64,000 nucleotides of DNA from Phoronis australis (Eukaryota; Animalia; Phoronida), in NCBI GenBank assembly GCA_002633005.1, contig NMRA01000122.1, positions 848,769-912,768 of the forward strand, written 5' to 3'. The translations under genes and the position numbers were made by a program. This document shows positions 25,304-38,497 of this stretch, in pieces. Under the pieces are notes generated by a model. That model ran no database searches and was not told the DNA's origin. It saw nothing but the letters and a program-made list of their open reading frames with translations. How positions within the stretch are numbered: position 1 is the first letter of the stretch; each line of letters starts with the position of its first letter.

Positions 25304-27544
25304 TCAATACTTTTAGACAAACATAGCATGGCCTGTGACCCATTCATTGGAATCCTGTGCCTTGCTGAAAGTGACACCCACCGGCATTATTTTAAAGTGG
25401 AACTTGCACCCACGGTACGTTATTTGTGTAAAGGTCACCTATTTGCAGATTTTTTGTTTTCACATTTATAAGTTGTCAATGAATACAACTGCACTTTGTT
25501 TAACGTAGCTAGAAGATGTTCAAATAGCATTGTCGTGTAGTTCCTGCTATACGTTAACTTAGTTAGGAGCATGCAAATACATCTTTAAGTTCTTTTTTCA
25601 AAAGTCACACAAACTTGTGTAGATATTCTCTTTGTCAAAGTAGATTGACAACTTAGCAACAGTCGCCTCCTTTAATTACAGTAATTGATTAAGAAAGGGT
25701 ATCTAAAGGGAACTACAGTTTTATGTAGCCATCAGTGCCCTAGGCCTTGTCGACCAAAATACAGCCAATGACGTCACTGGCTAGCTGAACTGGGCAAAAA
25801 TCCCGCACCACTTCGGCTCATGTCAGGTCATTAAAAATGGACAACTTGAAATGCGGATTCATCACATCAATTCTCTAAAAACACAGGCTAGAACATATTA
25901 GGCTTTTTGGCCTTGCCTTAATTACATGTACAAATGTAGTTTTATGGATGCATTAGGCGTGAAGTGACTGATCAGTTGTTGCAGGGACTATAAACCCTAA
26001 ACGTGAAACAAAGCACGTAGATGATAGCAATGCACTAAAGCAGGTAAAATGTTAATCTTATCTAATCTAATGAGAGGCGGAGTTATCAGAGGCAAGAAAC
26101 ATTGGTGGTCGTGCAATAAACATTGAACGATACCTCGGGCATATCGGGTTAGGTGGACCTCGTAAGAGCGATGTCGACCTCGGCCTTCATCAGCGTTGCT
26201 CTCCTTGCGTCCGTGTATAACCTCATATTGCCCTCGAAGTCAGTCTGTATTTGTATTTTTATAGTAAAATTTGTAACTACCATGGTGAGAAATGGCAATC
26301 TCATGTGCTATGTATACAGGTGCTTAATTGTATTGTAATACATAATAAAATGATTTGTGTTATCTAGCTGTTCTACATGTAGAAATGTTCAAGATAAAAT
26401 TTCAAAAACGCTATTAAGGTTTTCTAAGTTGTAATTTTCGTTTCTTTTCATGCAACTTTGTCTTTTCATAAAAATCATACAATCCTATTTTTGATAATCC
26501 CGCGGACAAAAGTGTAACATTTTAAAAATCAATTCCAAAAAGCGAGGGATTCATATGAATCCGATCAGGCATGATTTTTTAAATACGATGTTCCGAAGTT
26601 GGCCAAAGTTAGGCATTTTTCTAGGGACCTATGTAACCTAAACGGATCTTGACCCGTGTGTAGGCCTAAAACCTATACATGGGCTGCGCAACACTGAAAT
26701 AAGTGGGGCGCTATAGCCCCCAGCCCAGTATGGTGCGCCGCCCATGCAATGCACATACAGGGAAACCATAAAAAGCTGACCAACTCTTAAAAATGGTTAG
26801 TTTTGCAATCTGATCAAAACAGTATAAACATGAGGTAACAGCCAGCCATCAAAATATCTCAATTTGCCCCCTCGCTCCTCTCCCCTGAGAAGGCAAGGGT
26901 TATACAACAACGGAGACTCTGGCGTATTTGGAGATGACCTCATAAACATTGTCACTCCAGAATAATGTTTTATCATTTTATTCACCAAACAATTTCTCAG
27001 AATTTGTGTGTTTAGAGAAATTTCTTTATGATCGACGTATGTCCCGAATGATATAATAATTCGTGCGTCGCATGTTCGTTACCAGAGATGAAACCTGAAG
27101 ACCGGGGTAGGCGATATAACGTCTTTTATTTAATGACTACTACTATTACAAGTAAGGTCATTTATATGACAACTACAATTACAAGTAAGGCCAGTTATAT
27201 GACTATTACAATTACATGTAATAGGTAGTGACTAAACATAGGTAAGGTAAAAAATACTAATCCCTGGTAAGATGGCCAAATGAAAAGTGTCGGCCACGTG
27301 GAGGTACGAGGGAATGCCGAAAAAAGGGATGGTAGGGGGTGGGAAAATTTTAAGAAGTTTTCGACGTACGTCGACGAGGCCGGAACGAAGGAGTTGAACA
27401 GTAAACTAGCTCCTAAGCACGGTTTTAACTATATATTAATAAAAATAGTTCCAGGTGATCAGTGCAATGGGCCCACATGCGAGGTCTTGCGCACGTCTGG
27501 TACAACGTGTATCAGACCGCCTGTAGTTGTTTTTTTTAAGAGGT

Positions 27545-28205
27545 GAGTTTGTTATTGCTTGAGACAATGCTCAACAAACAAAGTTCTTGAGCCTGGCCTC
27601 AATCAAGTATCATTTGTTACATGTTTTCTTTCCGTGCCCGTAAATCGTCTCTCGTTTGAGATAGCATCTAATTGGCACCATGTACTAATTTTATAACAGT
27701 AACTGTACCTAAATCAAAAGGTATTTTATCTAAAGGTCAGCTTATAGCAGCTTTAACTGTAAAGTTGATGGGATTCAGAGGCATTTTTGTCACGCTGTGC
27801 CAAATGGAAAGTGACCCAGTGTTGGGCCCTTCTGCCTGCAATTGGAAACGGTCAATTTAAAGCTGCATTTCGCAGTGTTCAGCACGCTAAAACGAAAATG
27901 GATTTAAACAGTTTTCTCGTAAAAAATCGTTCTCATAACAATTCTCATCGTATTGGGATTTTATTTTCCTTACCAAATGTTGTGTATGTAATACAAGAGA
28001 TCATTCGTAGAACATATGTTTATTACATCGCTAACACCAAACTACTGCAACACACGTGTACAGGCTAATAGTATATAAACTGTCAGATGGTCGCCAGGTG
28101 GCGTTGTCACTGCTCTACTGTAAACATAACATAACACCAACAAAAGCATCAAAGCCATCAGCGACTCAAGAAGACACCATAGTTTATTGGGGTCAGTACG
28201 AATTA
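27545..28205 (+). repeat. Paralogous copy of ligase intron segment ~11485-11940
   Basis: Shared blocks gtgagtttgttat..gcttgagacaatgctc, aaagtgacccagtgttgggcccttctgcctgcaattggaaacgg, ccatcagcgactca..tacgaattaaa. Confidence 0.8.
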
Positions 28206-29110
28206 AACAAGAGCAACGCGGAGCGTTGAAATGCGCCCACGAATGCATCGCAAATGGTGTGCATATAGGGTTGCTTATTTGTGTCATAAAAATGGCCACT
28301 AGATGGTGCAAAACATACAATCTGTCCGAAAATGGGAACATGTCATTGCTTCTTTAATAGAAAGCTAAACACCAAATTTCATAGAAATCGGTCTTGGAAC
28401 TTCAGAAAATCAAAGGAAAACAGAATAAAATGAAATTGCCACTGGGGGGCTCAGTGTTCATTGGACCGCCTGAAAGTCGTCATTGTCTGTTGTTAGCTTC
28501 ATATAAATAAACTTACAAAATTTTATAAAGATCCTGCAATGGGCTTAGGAGAGGCAGCTACGGGCACAAAACAAAACAAAACAAAACAAAACTACCTCTA
28601 GGAAGCGACAGAGTAGTCAAAGTCGTCATCATCAACCGTCCTCTTCACACTGAAAAAATAAACGCCAATTTTCGAAACCATCCTTAGAATGATTTGGTTT
28701 ATAGAGAGGTAGACGCCAAAAAACAGACTCGAAAAGGGGAAAAATGGCCACTAGGTGGTGCAAAGTACTTTGATTCCATCATCACACCAATAGATGTCCG
28801 TATTGAAAATTTTTAATATGAAAATCTATTGAAGACCTTTGAAGATACCAGAGGCAAACGTAAAAACTAAAATTGCCAACTGAGTACAAGTGGTCAAATC
28901 CATCCCAAAATCATCGTCGTCTGTTGTCAACATCATATAAACACACTTGTTAAATTTAATAAAGATCCTGCTTACGGTTTAGGAGATACAACCATGGGCG
29001 CAAAAAAGAAACTGCCACTAGGAAGGCGCCACAGTTGTCGAAGTCATCGTAAAATCATCGTTAGCGATCCACTTCATAGTAAAAACATACATGCCAGTTT
29101 TCACAATCAC
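28206..29110 (-). mobile_element. Helentron-associated non-autonomous element (HINE/DINE-1-like), 3' portion
   Basis: Reverse complement of 28206-28240 is GTGGGCGCATTTCAACGCTCCGCGTTGCTCTTGTT, matching the 3' subTIR and hairpin at 50336-50370; internal modules are shared. Confidence 0.75.
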
Positions 29111-30397
29111 GGAAGTGGCGCTGTTGGCTGCAAGATTCAGTACAATACATCTTGTTGCTTCAAATACTTTGAAGAATTGTCCTTTGGAATAGCTCATGGG
29201 ACAACAGCATGTGAAAAACTGGCGTATTCTCAAGCGGTAAGACTTGATAATTTGACACCACAGACAGCGATAAAGGTAGATTAGTAATTCTTGGCATCAT
29301 CAAAATTTAACGTATATCCTAACCTAAAATGCTGTTCACGGACGTTAAATTTAAGTGAAACAGGGAAAATACTACGCACAACGCCTAAACATTGCAAAAG
29401 CACTAACGCGTCTTTTGTTTGATCCAATTTCTAATTCTGGTGTGGAAGACAGGACGAATTCATGGGAACGAAAGGCAAACTTTCGTGGGGCATTTGCACA
29501 TTTATTATTTCCACGCGTATTTTCTATGGCCTGTGATTGTCTCAGGGTTTTGCAAATTACAAGTCGATATGTTAATGCCTGTTGACAAGAGAGGATTGCA
29601 ATAAGAACGACCCAAACCCCTAGCAAACCTAACGGCGATAATAAAGTCCTCCTTTGAAACACGTTATTTAGTACGGAAGAGGATCAAGAGTTGGGCAATA
29701 TTAAGATGAATATTGAAAAAAGTTGTTTGCACGCATCTTAAACTATTTACCTACTTTGGAGACACTTCGATCTCTCAATCATCGGCAATTACGACCTAAA
29801 CGAGCAATGGTTTTATTTTATCAGGTGACTGTCATGGAGTATCTGCAAGGTGTTAAATATGAAATGGACGTGATTTCAAGAGGATAGTTGGTTGGCAGTT
29901 CGATTTTGGAGAGGGCCCAGCTCCTCTTTCGAAATTTTGGTACACTTCGTTCTTCCGGGTGGCAATTCGGAAAAGTTACAGAGAGAAATAATTGAAGCAG
30001 CCCACTAGTGCTGCTTAGCCGTCGGTTTTTACCAAGGGGTTTACAATGTAGAGTTCATCCGTGGCAAAGATGACACAGCAACGCCCAAGTTACTCGAAAT
30101 TAATCCTCGCCCAGCAGGCGTGAGCGTGAGTGCGCTAGTGCAAACTGCGTACGGCTATGATACTCGGATCATACGTACGCTGCTTCGTTGTGGCGGTGAA
30201 ACGTCCCTTGCTGACATGAAAATTGAACCGCAAACACACGTGGCTGCCTATAACTTCGACTTATTCCAAAACAGAGAGACACTGAATACCTCGTTTGGTC
30301 ACATGTTATCTAATGTTGTGGAGTACGGCGTAAGGATGCTAAATATAGGAGTGAAAACGGACGGTATTGATGTACGAAAACCCCGATTACCCCCGCT
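29111..30397 (+). pseudogene. Partial, disabled copy of the ATP-grasp ligase (3' part of exon C, intron, most of exon D)
   Basis: Collinear with ~13767-15025 including the intron. Exon D' starts at 29825 and has an in-frame TAG near 29885 plus small indels/frameshifts. The 5' side is replaced by a HINE-like element and the 3' end is truncated. Confidence 0.85.
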
Positions 30398-30406
30398 CGA
30401 TTCTAG

Positions 30407-30560
30407 CAGCCGATTTCATAAAGGTGGTTTAACAAAACGAGGTTTAAGTCTAAATAGGGTCTTCCTAAATCTGGTCTAATTTTATACCTAACTTGCAATT
30501 CACCAACGTAGTTTAAAAGTGTGAAAGTCTGGTTTTGTTAGACCAGGGAGCTGGTATAGT
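30407..30560. mobile_element. Probable end of a non-autonomous DNA transposon (Harbinger-like) at the pseudogene truncation point
   Basis: agccgatttcataaaggtggttt... followed by ggtttaa/ggtctaa subrepeats; similar subrepeats at 31575-31616 next to an n; no complete TIR pair seen. Confidence 0.35.
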
Positions 30561-31282
30561 AAAACCAGGCGTGCATTCAGTAGACGCTAGGACCTACGCT
30601 AGGACCTAGCTATAATCTAGTCACGTGTTCTCATTTAAAATACTCGGCAACATCTCACGTAATCTCGCGAAGTCTTGCTTTTTAGCGAGGTCTTAGCGTG
30701 CTTTAACTGCGAATTTCTTGAGAATTCGCAGGAGCAGGACACCGTGAATGGTATTATAAGAAAGAACAATTGCTCATACTTTGTTGAACCCCTGTTTTGT
30801 GTAAATATATTGAGTTATGTGTTTGATATGGACGGCTGAGTCGAAGTATCCGTGGAATTTCTAGTCCCGAGTGTCATACCTTGCAGTGATTATATGCAGC
30901 GTATTGGGGACGCGATCAGAAGCTGAGGATGCCTGTGAGGAGAATCATTGGGAAAAAGGTCTAAAAGCTTTTCTCATTAGGAAAAATGTAATGTCTGTGC
31001 ACAACACACGTACACACATTGAAGTACATTCTCACGATTAGCCGCAACATGATAAATGTCTAAATCTATTTCCGTGCCATTTTGGTGTTTATTTTTCGAA
31101 GCCAAAGGGGGGAAGACCCCTTCCCGACAACATTAAATGGGAGACCAATGGAGTTGGAACTCAGAAGAATCAGAAGATGTTGCCTTCAGTCAAACCCGTA
31201 GCGCTTACGACGACGACGCCCTGCTCGATCAGTCGTATTCTGAGGAATCCGCAGGGCACCATCCAGCACGTACTGGGCTACA

Positions 31283-31438
31283 CATAGGCGGATCCAAGGG
31301 GACAAGGGGTCCGGACCCCCTTTTCCCTGGATTTTAGTGATATCAAATCTATAATTTTCAAATTGTTGACTTGGTCCTCCCTTTTAAGAAGTCCTTGACC
31401 GACATCCCCTCCCCTTAAAAATCGTGGATACACCCGTG
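31283..31438. mobile_element. Small GC-rich MITE
   Basis: Imperfect terminal inverted repeats CATAGGCGGATCCA ... TGGATACACCCGTG with G-rich and C-rich subterminal runs. Confidence 0.45.
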
Positions 31439-32666
31439 CTACGTTTGATCTTGTGTCGTCGTAAAACTGAATGTTGAAAGAAATCCATTTCGCTCTAAAA
31501 CTGCGTCCGGTCGTAAATGCCCACCGCGGCATTATTCATTTGCACCTATATCATGCAAGTCTGTCATATCTAACAGTTAAACATAGGTCTGACCAAGTCT
31601 AAAGTTAAATCTGGTTNCAGTGCCTTCAACAATTTGCTTCTCAATATAAATGAGCTTCCCAGGTTGTACACGTGCGTCTGTTGATGTTAATTTTGCTTTT
31701 AAGACTCGTTGTAATAGGTTAAATAGAAAAATCGCGCATACAGTTGTACAAATTTACTTTACTATTTAGACAGATTTATAGCAACACTTAACATATCACT
31801 TTTGGCTATGGATATTCTCATGCTACGACCGGTAGGGTTCGCGTTAATCACGGGCGGGCAGAGCCTGAAAGTGTAAAGCAATACGAGTTCCTGAATTGAA
31901 AGTTGACAGACAGGAAACAAAAAACACCGACCTATCCGTTTGAGAGACCACAACCCCTAAGGAAAATCTCTGTTCACGAATCAAGACTGACGGACGACCT
32001 GTTTCCATTCATATGCAATGCCCTCGAAGATCTCTCCCGTTTCTTCACTGCAAGATGACATGTGGCGCGATTTTCCATTGAGAACACTCTTTTGGTATTC
32101 AGTATCTCTAAAAGGCGAGTTTATTGATCTGGATTGTGTAATGACGTGGTTACCTGGTTGTTGCACTTCGATTACTTGGTGTGCTCGTAGTTCATTGGAA
32201 AGCGCGATAACCCCTCCTGAGAAGTAATAGCATGACCCTTGAATGTTTCCCTCTGAGTGGGTCGGCCTGCTGTTTCAGATTGCGGCCATTTCCTTGAAAG
32301 CGCGCACCGTGAGGAGATGATGTCTTTCCCGATACATGAAGGACGATACAGGTGCGTAACTTCTGCCATTAATTACATTTTTGTCTTGCTGATTGCTGTT
32401 ACAGTTCTCCACCTGTGGCAACTATTTGGTGTACAGGTAGTTGTAATACGTATATGTTTTAAGTGTCTGCTGTATTTTACAGTAGTTGTACTTTGGGTTA
32501 TACTCATACATTAGTGTTCGGGTCGTGATGACGCACATTTATTCAAATGGATATTCACTGAGAAGATTATGGCTTTAAGTGACAAACTGCTGTCCGTGTA
32601 AATACTCTGAATATACATTTGAATTATGTATTTCTGTAAGCAAAGCCTAGGATGTACAATAAGTGA

Positions 32667-32709
<43 letters not shown>

Positions 32710-32733
32710 GTTATTGTTATTGTTATTGTTATT
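32667..32733. repeat. (ATT)n/(ATTGTT)n microsatellite
   Basis: Directly visible tandem triplets. Confidence 0.95.
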
Positions 32734-34722
32734 AAATGGATATATCTATCCATCTATCAAATGTATTATCATTAGCTTGCACTAGACGTTTGTTACTTGA
32801 CTTGCTGAATTTAACGCTCTTTCTAATCCCGACTAACAATTGTACTAACATACTAACTAGGGCCCTAACATGCGTCCCGCTTTATGGACTCCGGATCCTA
32901 TCTGCCCCGGGTTTTTGTGTCCCGGTGTTTTGCGTAATAGTCCAGACGCTAAGCGGAGTGTGCAAGTTTTAGAAACACTTGCCATTTAGGCCCACATGAC
33001 AGTTTTCAGGTTCTTTTCGATCCTGATTTAGGGCATACGTTCAACAAGTAATAAAGTAGCGTGTTATTTTTATGCATTCTCCTTAGTTGCATTGGATTCT
33101 GGTCGTTGTCAGATAAAGCAGTGCCCCCCTGGAATTTTGGAATGCATGCTCACTTCCTGAAAAAGCGCCTTTAGTTTTCGAGATTTCGGGTAGGTCGCAA
33201 ACGGCGAACTTGGGTATGTTAATTTTCTTGGCTCATCGAGCACTGGCCAATGACACATAGAACTCGGTGTGAAAAAAGCCATTGTCCCCCTGTAGAAATT
33301 GTCCGGCTTGCGTGTATGTGAATGACGCATCCGGCTAATCCACTGATTAACGTGCCAGTACACCGGCATTCAAATACATGCAGCTAGGACATTCTCTGCA
33401 GGGGGACAATCACAGCTACCACACCAGGACACATAGAACTCTGTCCGATGCATTGAAAACTGGTCATACCGAACCCGGAACACGTGCATATGTAGAATCC
33501 CGATATGCATAAAACGGGAACACATCAGGATGACCCCCAACATATGGATCAGAACAATGGTTCCCGTGATCGATAACTGCCTTGGTAGATTTTTCAATTG
33601 ATCTCGAACTGTCAACTTGAAAACAATATTTGATTGTCTGTAAATTTCATTCCTGCACGTTTTTGTCTATTTGCACGCCATACCCATACATAAACGACCA
33701 GCTGCGACCCACGGATAACCAAGACGGAAGAAAGGTGGAAGACGAAAATTAAGAAGATAATCTAACAGAGGGTTTATGTAATCTAACGTTGCTTGCGTGT
33801 CATGCTGTATTATTATAAATAGGGTACAGCTCGATACTCCAAAGGTTCACAAAATCGAACTCTCATAATACCACAAATGAATAAAAAAGCATTACAAGGC
33901 CGAAGGTTCACAAATCCGACAGAAAGAAAAACTAGTTAGTTCGAAACTAGTCCGAAGGTCTATGATGCCAGAAACCAGCGATTCAAAGTCAACGACAGTC
34001 AAGCAGCAAAATTTTGGCGGCGATGAACCATACTTCGAACATTTTACTACAGCAACTCGGTGAATCGCCCAATTTCATGTTCGGATCCCGTTTTGAGAGA
34101 CACAGGCTCTTCGAAGAACTAGTTTCAAGCAGCCATGTGCAAATAAATCCCTGAACGTTTTGCTCAAAATCACTGTTCGGAACCTAGTGTCATGAAAGCT
34201 CAAATTTATAACCTTCGGTGGGTTTTCGTAATTGTGTGGATAAGTCTTCAGATTTATGGATTTTTAGACTTGCAAACCTTGCGACCAATGATACCTTAAC
34301 TAAATATAAACTCTGTACAAATTCTTTCTCACTTGAAGTTTTCAGTTCAGGTCATATAAGGTTGATCACTTCTTATTGTGCAATTTTTAGCGACTTGGCA
34401 AGTCGTTGAACTTGTGGACTTTGGCTGACTAGTGTACCATTTACACACGGCACCTGACGTCGCGAGCAGTTACAGTGTACCAAAAGTGCAGAAGGACCAC
34501 TAACACGAATGACACCAGGGCCAAAGATATGGTGCCGTTCAGCTGTAAATCAGTATCCTGGCAGTTACCGGTTTTGACTACATGTGTGTACTCATTTGAG
34601 CCATCAAAACTTGATTCTTTTATTTAGAAAAGCGAAGTGAAAAATCTACTTCAGGAATACGTCTTTATTCAAGTACACGGTTTCATAACTGGTTTCAGTG
34701 CAGTCTCTCAAAAATTGCGTTG

Positions 34723-37700
34723 TAGTCTAGACGCATTTCCTGAAAAGAGCCCTGTATAAGGTTCTAGAACCATTTTTATTAAAAGTTGGGAACAAGACTT
34801 TTTCACACAATCAAGGCATGGAAAATTCAACTAACCCTGTTCCCAAGCCGAATTTTGCATTTTTGACCTTCTAATTTGCATAAACAAAATGGCGGCCAAA
34901 CTGTCAAGTTCAGGATGTATTTTTGTTATAGAAATCGCCATATACCATTTAAAATGATGAAATGTCTCACCTGTACACTTCTTGTAAATACTTGTTGAAC
35001 AATACATCACTTATGAAAACTAAAAAAATGCAACTCTGAAAACTAATTATGCAAATTAGGTGCCGCCATTACCATACAATGTAATTTGCGTCATAACTTT
35101 GTGTTCCTGCAGGCTAACTTGAACAATGAGGTGTTTATACTTATACTTTCATGGTCAACAAAAACGCTAAAGACATTTTTGGAGCAATTGATTTCATATC
35201 TATTGGGTTATAGATGTATACTTACAGAATGTGTAAAAAATAGTCTTTAATCTGCAATGCTCGTCAAGCAAGGTGGCACTAGTTTGATGGAATATAGGAC
35301 AAATGTTCACACTATCCCGTTATCTTCCATTCATAAAAAATCAATAGAGTTATTGTTATTGAAGACATTAGATTCTCAGTTTCATGAATAGTTTTCAGGC
35401 CTGCTGAACACAGTTTTAGCATTCAGTTTTTGGTACTTTTTAACATGCCTGAAGCCAGGCAAATCAAACTGTTTGCATACAAGGAATCTGATCATGAATG
35501 TGCTGCTGGCATTTGCATAATGAAATGCATTGAAATCCAGATTTCTTGCATTTTCATTGTCTGCTGTTGCGTTGTTTCTGGCATGTACACAATACCATCT
35601 CTAGGCAGCTGTCTGGGATAGAACTCTGTGTCATCAGTAAGGGATGCAAGCATAAGTTTGTGTGTCCCTCCCATATCAGAGGGTGCTGGGAGCTCAGGTA
35701 TGGAACAATGATCATTTTGCCATACCTTGACCTGATACTGCACTGTCATCAGATGGAAACGGCGGGCATTATGCGTTGGGGGAAGGACTTCTGGGTTTAC
35801 GGGCTTGGAGAATAGCAAATGACGTGCTACATCATTACAGGTCTGTTCTGGTCGTGTTGTATATTTTGCAGACAAATACTTCTGAAGCCATCGTAATTTG
35901 CTCAGTGAGTTCATCAATGTAGGGGTTCTTAAGCAATCTGTGATGCTCTAAGAACACCTTCCATAATGATTGTTTCATGTGATTGGCAAAGTACGAGTTT
36001 GTGCCAAACCCAGTCACGGCATGAAAAGAGAGCAAGGATGTTGCTGAGTCTCGTAGTAGTTTGTTGAAAAGTGCTTCAATAGGTATATATCGTCATTTCT
36101 TTGATGTGCCTTACATCATACAGATATGCTCACATTGCATTTGTTGGAAGTGCGATACCAGAAGCAGTAGAACATCGGGTGTCCCTGGAAAACACGGCGG
36201 CCTGTGGACAGCATGCAGTACCAATCTTGCATCTGTTTCTTCATGTGTGGATTTCAGAGTCCTCAAATCAGTTATATCCTTAGATGATTTAATTTACTTC
36301 CATCTCATTTTTGAACCCTCCTGCAACCATAACCTCTTATCTTCAGGTGTCTACAAACATAGTTTCTCTGACAAGAAATGTGCTAGGTCTGCTTTATTCT
36401 CAGCCAGTGCCCGAAAATTTGACCAGTTTTGAGGAAGAAGTAGACAACGGCCTTCCAAAAATGATCACCTGATTTGCTGTGTTCCTTTACTGTGCAGTTT
36501 GCCTGTTGTGACCTTCATAGTTTCTTGTCTGTATCTGTCAAATACAATGTCAATTTTATGATATCGAAACCTGTGTTTAGCACTGTTTTCATGAATGAAT
36601 CAGCCAGGTTCTCGAAGGTCATATCACCATCAAGCTTCCCAAGAGCTACCAGCAATGCTTCGTCATCAAAAATGAGGCAAGCGGGCGTGTCATGAAGTTG
36701 AATTGTTTCAGGACAGTCGATGTGTTAACTAATAATACTTCGGCAAGTCCAAGATTTATCTCCAGTGCGCAATGTGCCACTCGTTTCTGTAAGAAAACAT
36801 GGACTGGAAGAAGCTCGCGTTTGAGCACAGACGGCAAATCAACTGGCCTCATAAGTGACTCTTGGATTAGTGCTGTTGCTAGGTCTTTTGTTGCAAAGCT
36901 TTGTAGCAGCTAAGGCCTTGCGGACGAGAAGACCTTCAATCCATGGAATGCGTAAAGAAGGGAACTCTCGACAGCTGCCACGTGGCTTCGTTATGAAACT
37001 ATGTACTCCCACAGCAGCAAGTTTGTTCAGCTATATGAGATTTCAGATTAAATGAGAGTGTCCACCTCCATAGAGCTGACGAGGTTTTGGTATTACTGAT
37101 GATGCCACCTCCGTTTTACCTGCCCCATTTACCCACTGGTCAGAATCTAGCTGACAGAACATATGAGATTACTTGACTACAAAATTTCCTGCTTGAAACT
37201 CTCACCAAACAGACTGTGGAAGCTGATGCATCTCGGATAAAAAGACCGCACCACACTCGGGCATAATTTGGTGGGGCAGCATGAGAGTAAATGAATAGAG
37301 ATACAGTTCCAAAATACCATCCCGTTGAGAGCATGTGTACTAACTTTAACAATATAGGAACCATGTACGTGTACATGCCGAAATTCACATCATCAGAACT
37401 ACTGTTGACAGAATGCCCAGGAGTTTCCTGAACTTATCCTAACTTAGAAATGTTATCAACTACGGAATTTTCTGTGGATCATCATCTGCAGACATACCGG
37501 TAATACAAGCATGACAGTCACTTCTGCAATAAACGAGAGAAGGCTTGGCACATGCAGAAGTTGCCACAGAGCTTGCAAAGACAGTTTGTGTGTCCTCATA
37601 CTGTAGCTTTGCTGTACGACTTTCCACTGAGGACCAGTTCCATAGGCCTTGACCAAGTACTGCACTATCTATGCACACCTCAGCTATTCCGGAATCACTC

Positions 37701-38497
37701 ATGTGATCTTCTATGGCCTTGATAAAGTTCATTGATACGTGAAGAACCACTATACTAATATATTTTGGTATTCTGGGACCGACCACGTAAGCTCCATTAA
37801 TCTGCAGCAGAGTGTTTGGTCGACTGTGAGGACGGTATGTTCCTGTCCAAAATGGGACGACATGGCCATGCATCTCTTTACAACAGTATTTAAAAGTCAT
37901 GTTGTTATGTTTACAATACTTTAATGTCTTATCTAAATAATGAGATGTTCGCAAAAAAGCTTTGATGATTAATTATGATTTCTAATTTAATTTTCAGGCT
38001 TTATTAATGAGCATAAATTGTAACTTAATGAAGATGAATAAAAAAGCTTCACATGTGTCATAATGATTTTTCTAGACCTTCAAAACATAGGTATAGACAC
38101 TTCATTTGTAGTGTTTGCCTGCAAATTGATAAAGTTACACCGAAATTTGAATTTTTCGGTAATGGCGGAAGCTAATTAGCATAATTGGGGAATTTAATGA
38201 TGTTCATTAATATGCTCTTAAATTTAAGTGATCTAAACACACATACTATGTTTTTGTAGCAAAAATTTCCTATATTATTCGTCACATATTGTACTCCTGG
38301 TCCCACGAATGTACCTTATTTTGTTGGTTTGGCGGCCATTTTGTTTATGCAAATTAGATGGTCAAAAACTCAAAATCCAGCTTGGGAACAGGCATAATCA
38401 AAATCAGCACACCATAATTATGCTAAAAAGATAGAGGCATTTTTTAGTAAAAGTGGAGAACCTAACATGCACTTTTTCCAGAAATTCGTCTAGACTA
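34723..38497 (-). mobile_element. Decayed Academ (AcademX-type) DNA transposon
   Basis: Termini TAGTCTAGACG...CGTCTAGACTA flanked by TTG/TTG (3-bp TSD). Long imperfect TIRs (e.g. 34838-34901 vs 38327-38390). Minus-strand fragments LHVSMNFIKAIEDHMSDSGIAEV, RPVDLPSVLKRELLPV, XPG/PIN-like THEETDARLVLHA and FHAVTGFGTNSYF, LPPTHNARRFHLMTVQYQVKVW, and a Cys-rich tail CTC..KCKKSGFQCISLCKC; many stops and frameshifts. Confidence 0.85.

Noticed and set aside
32511-32753. ORF with poly-Ile
   Set aside because: Translation of the (ATT)n microsatellite.
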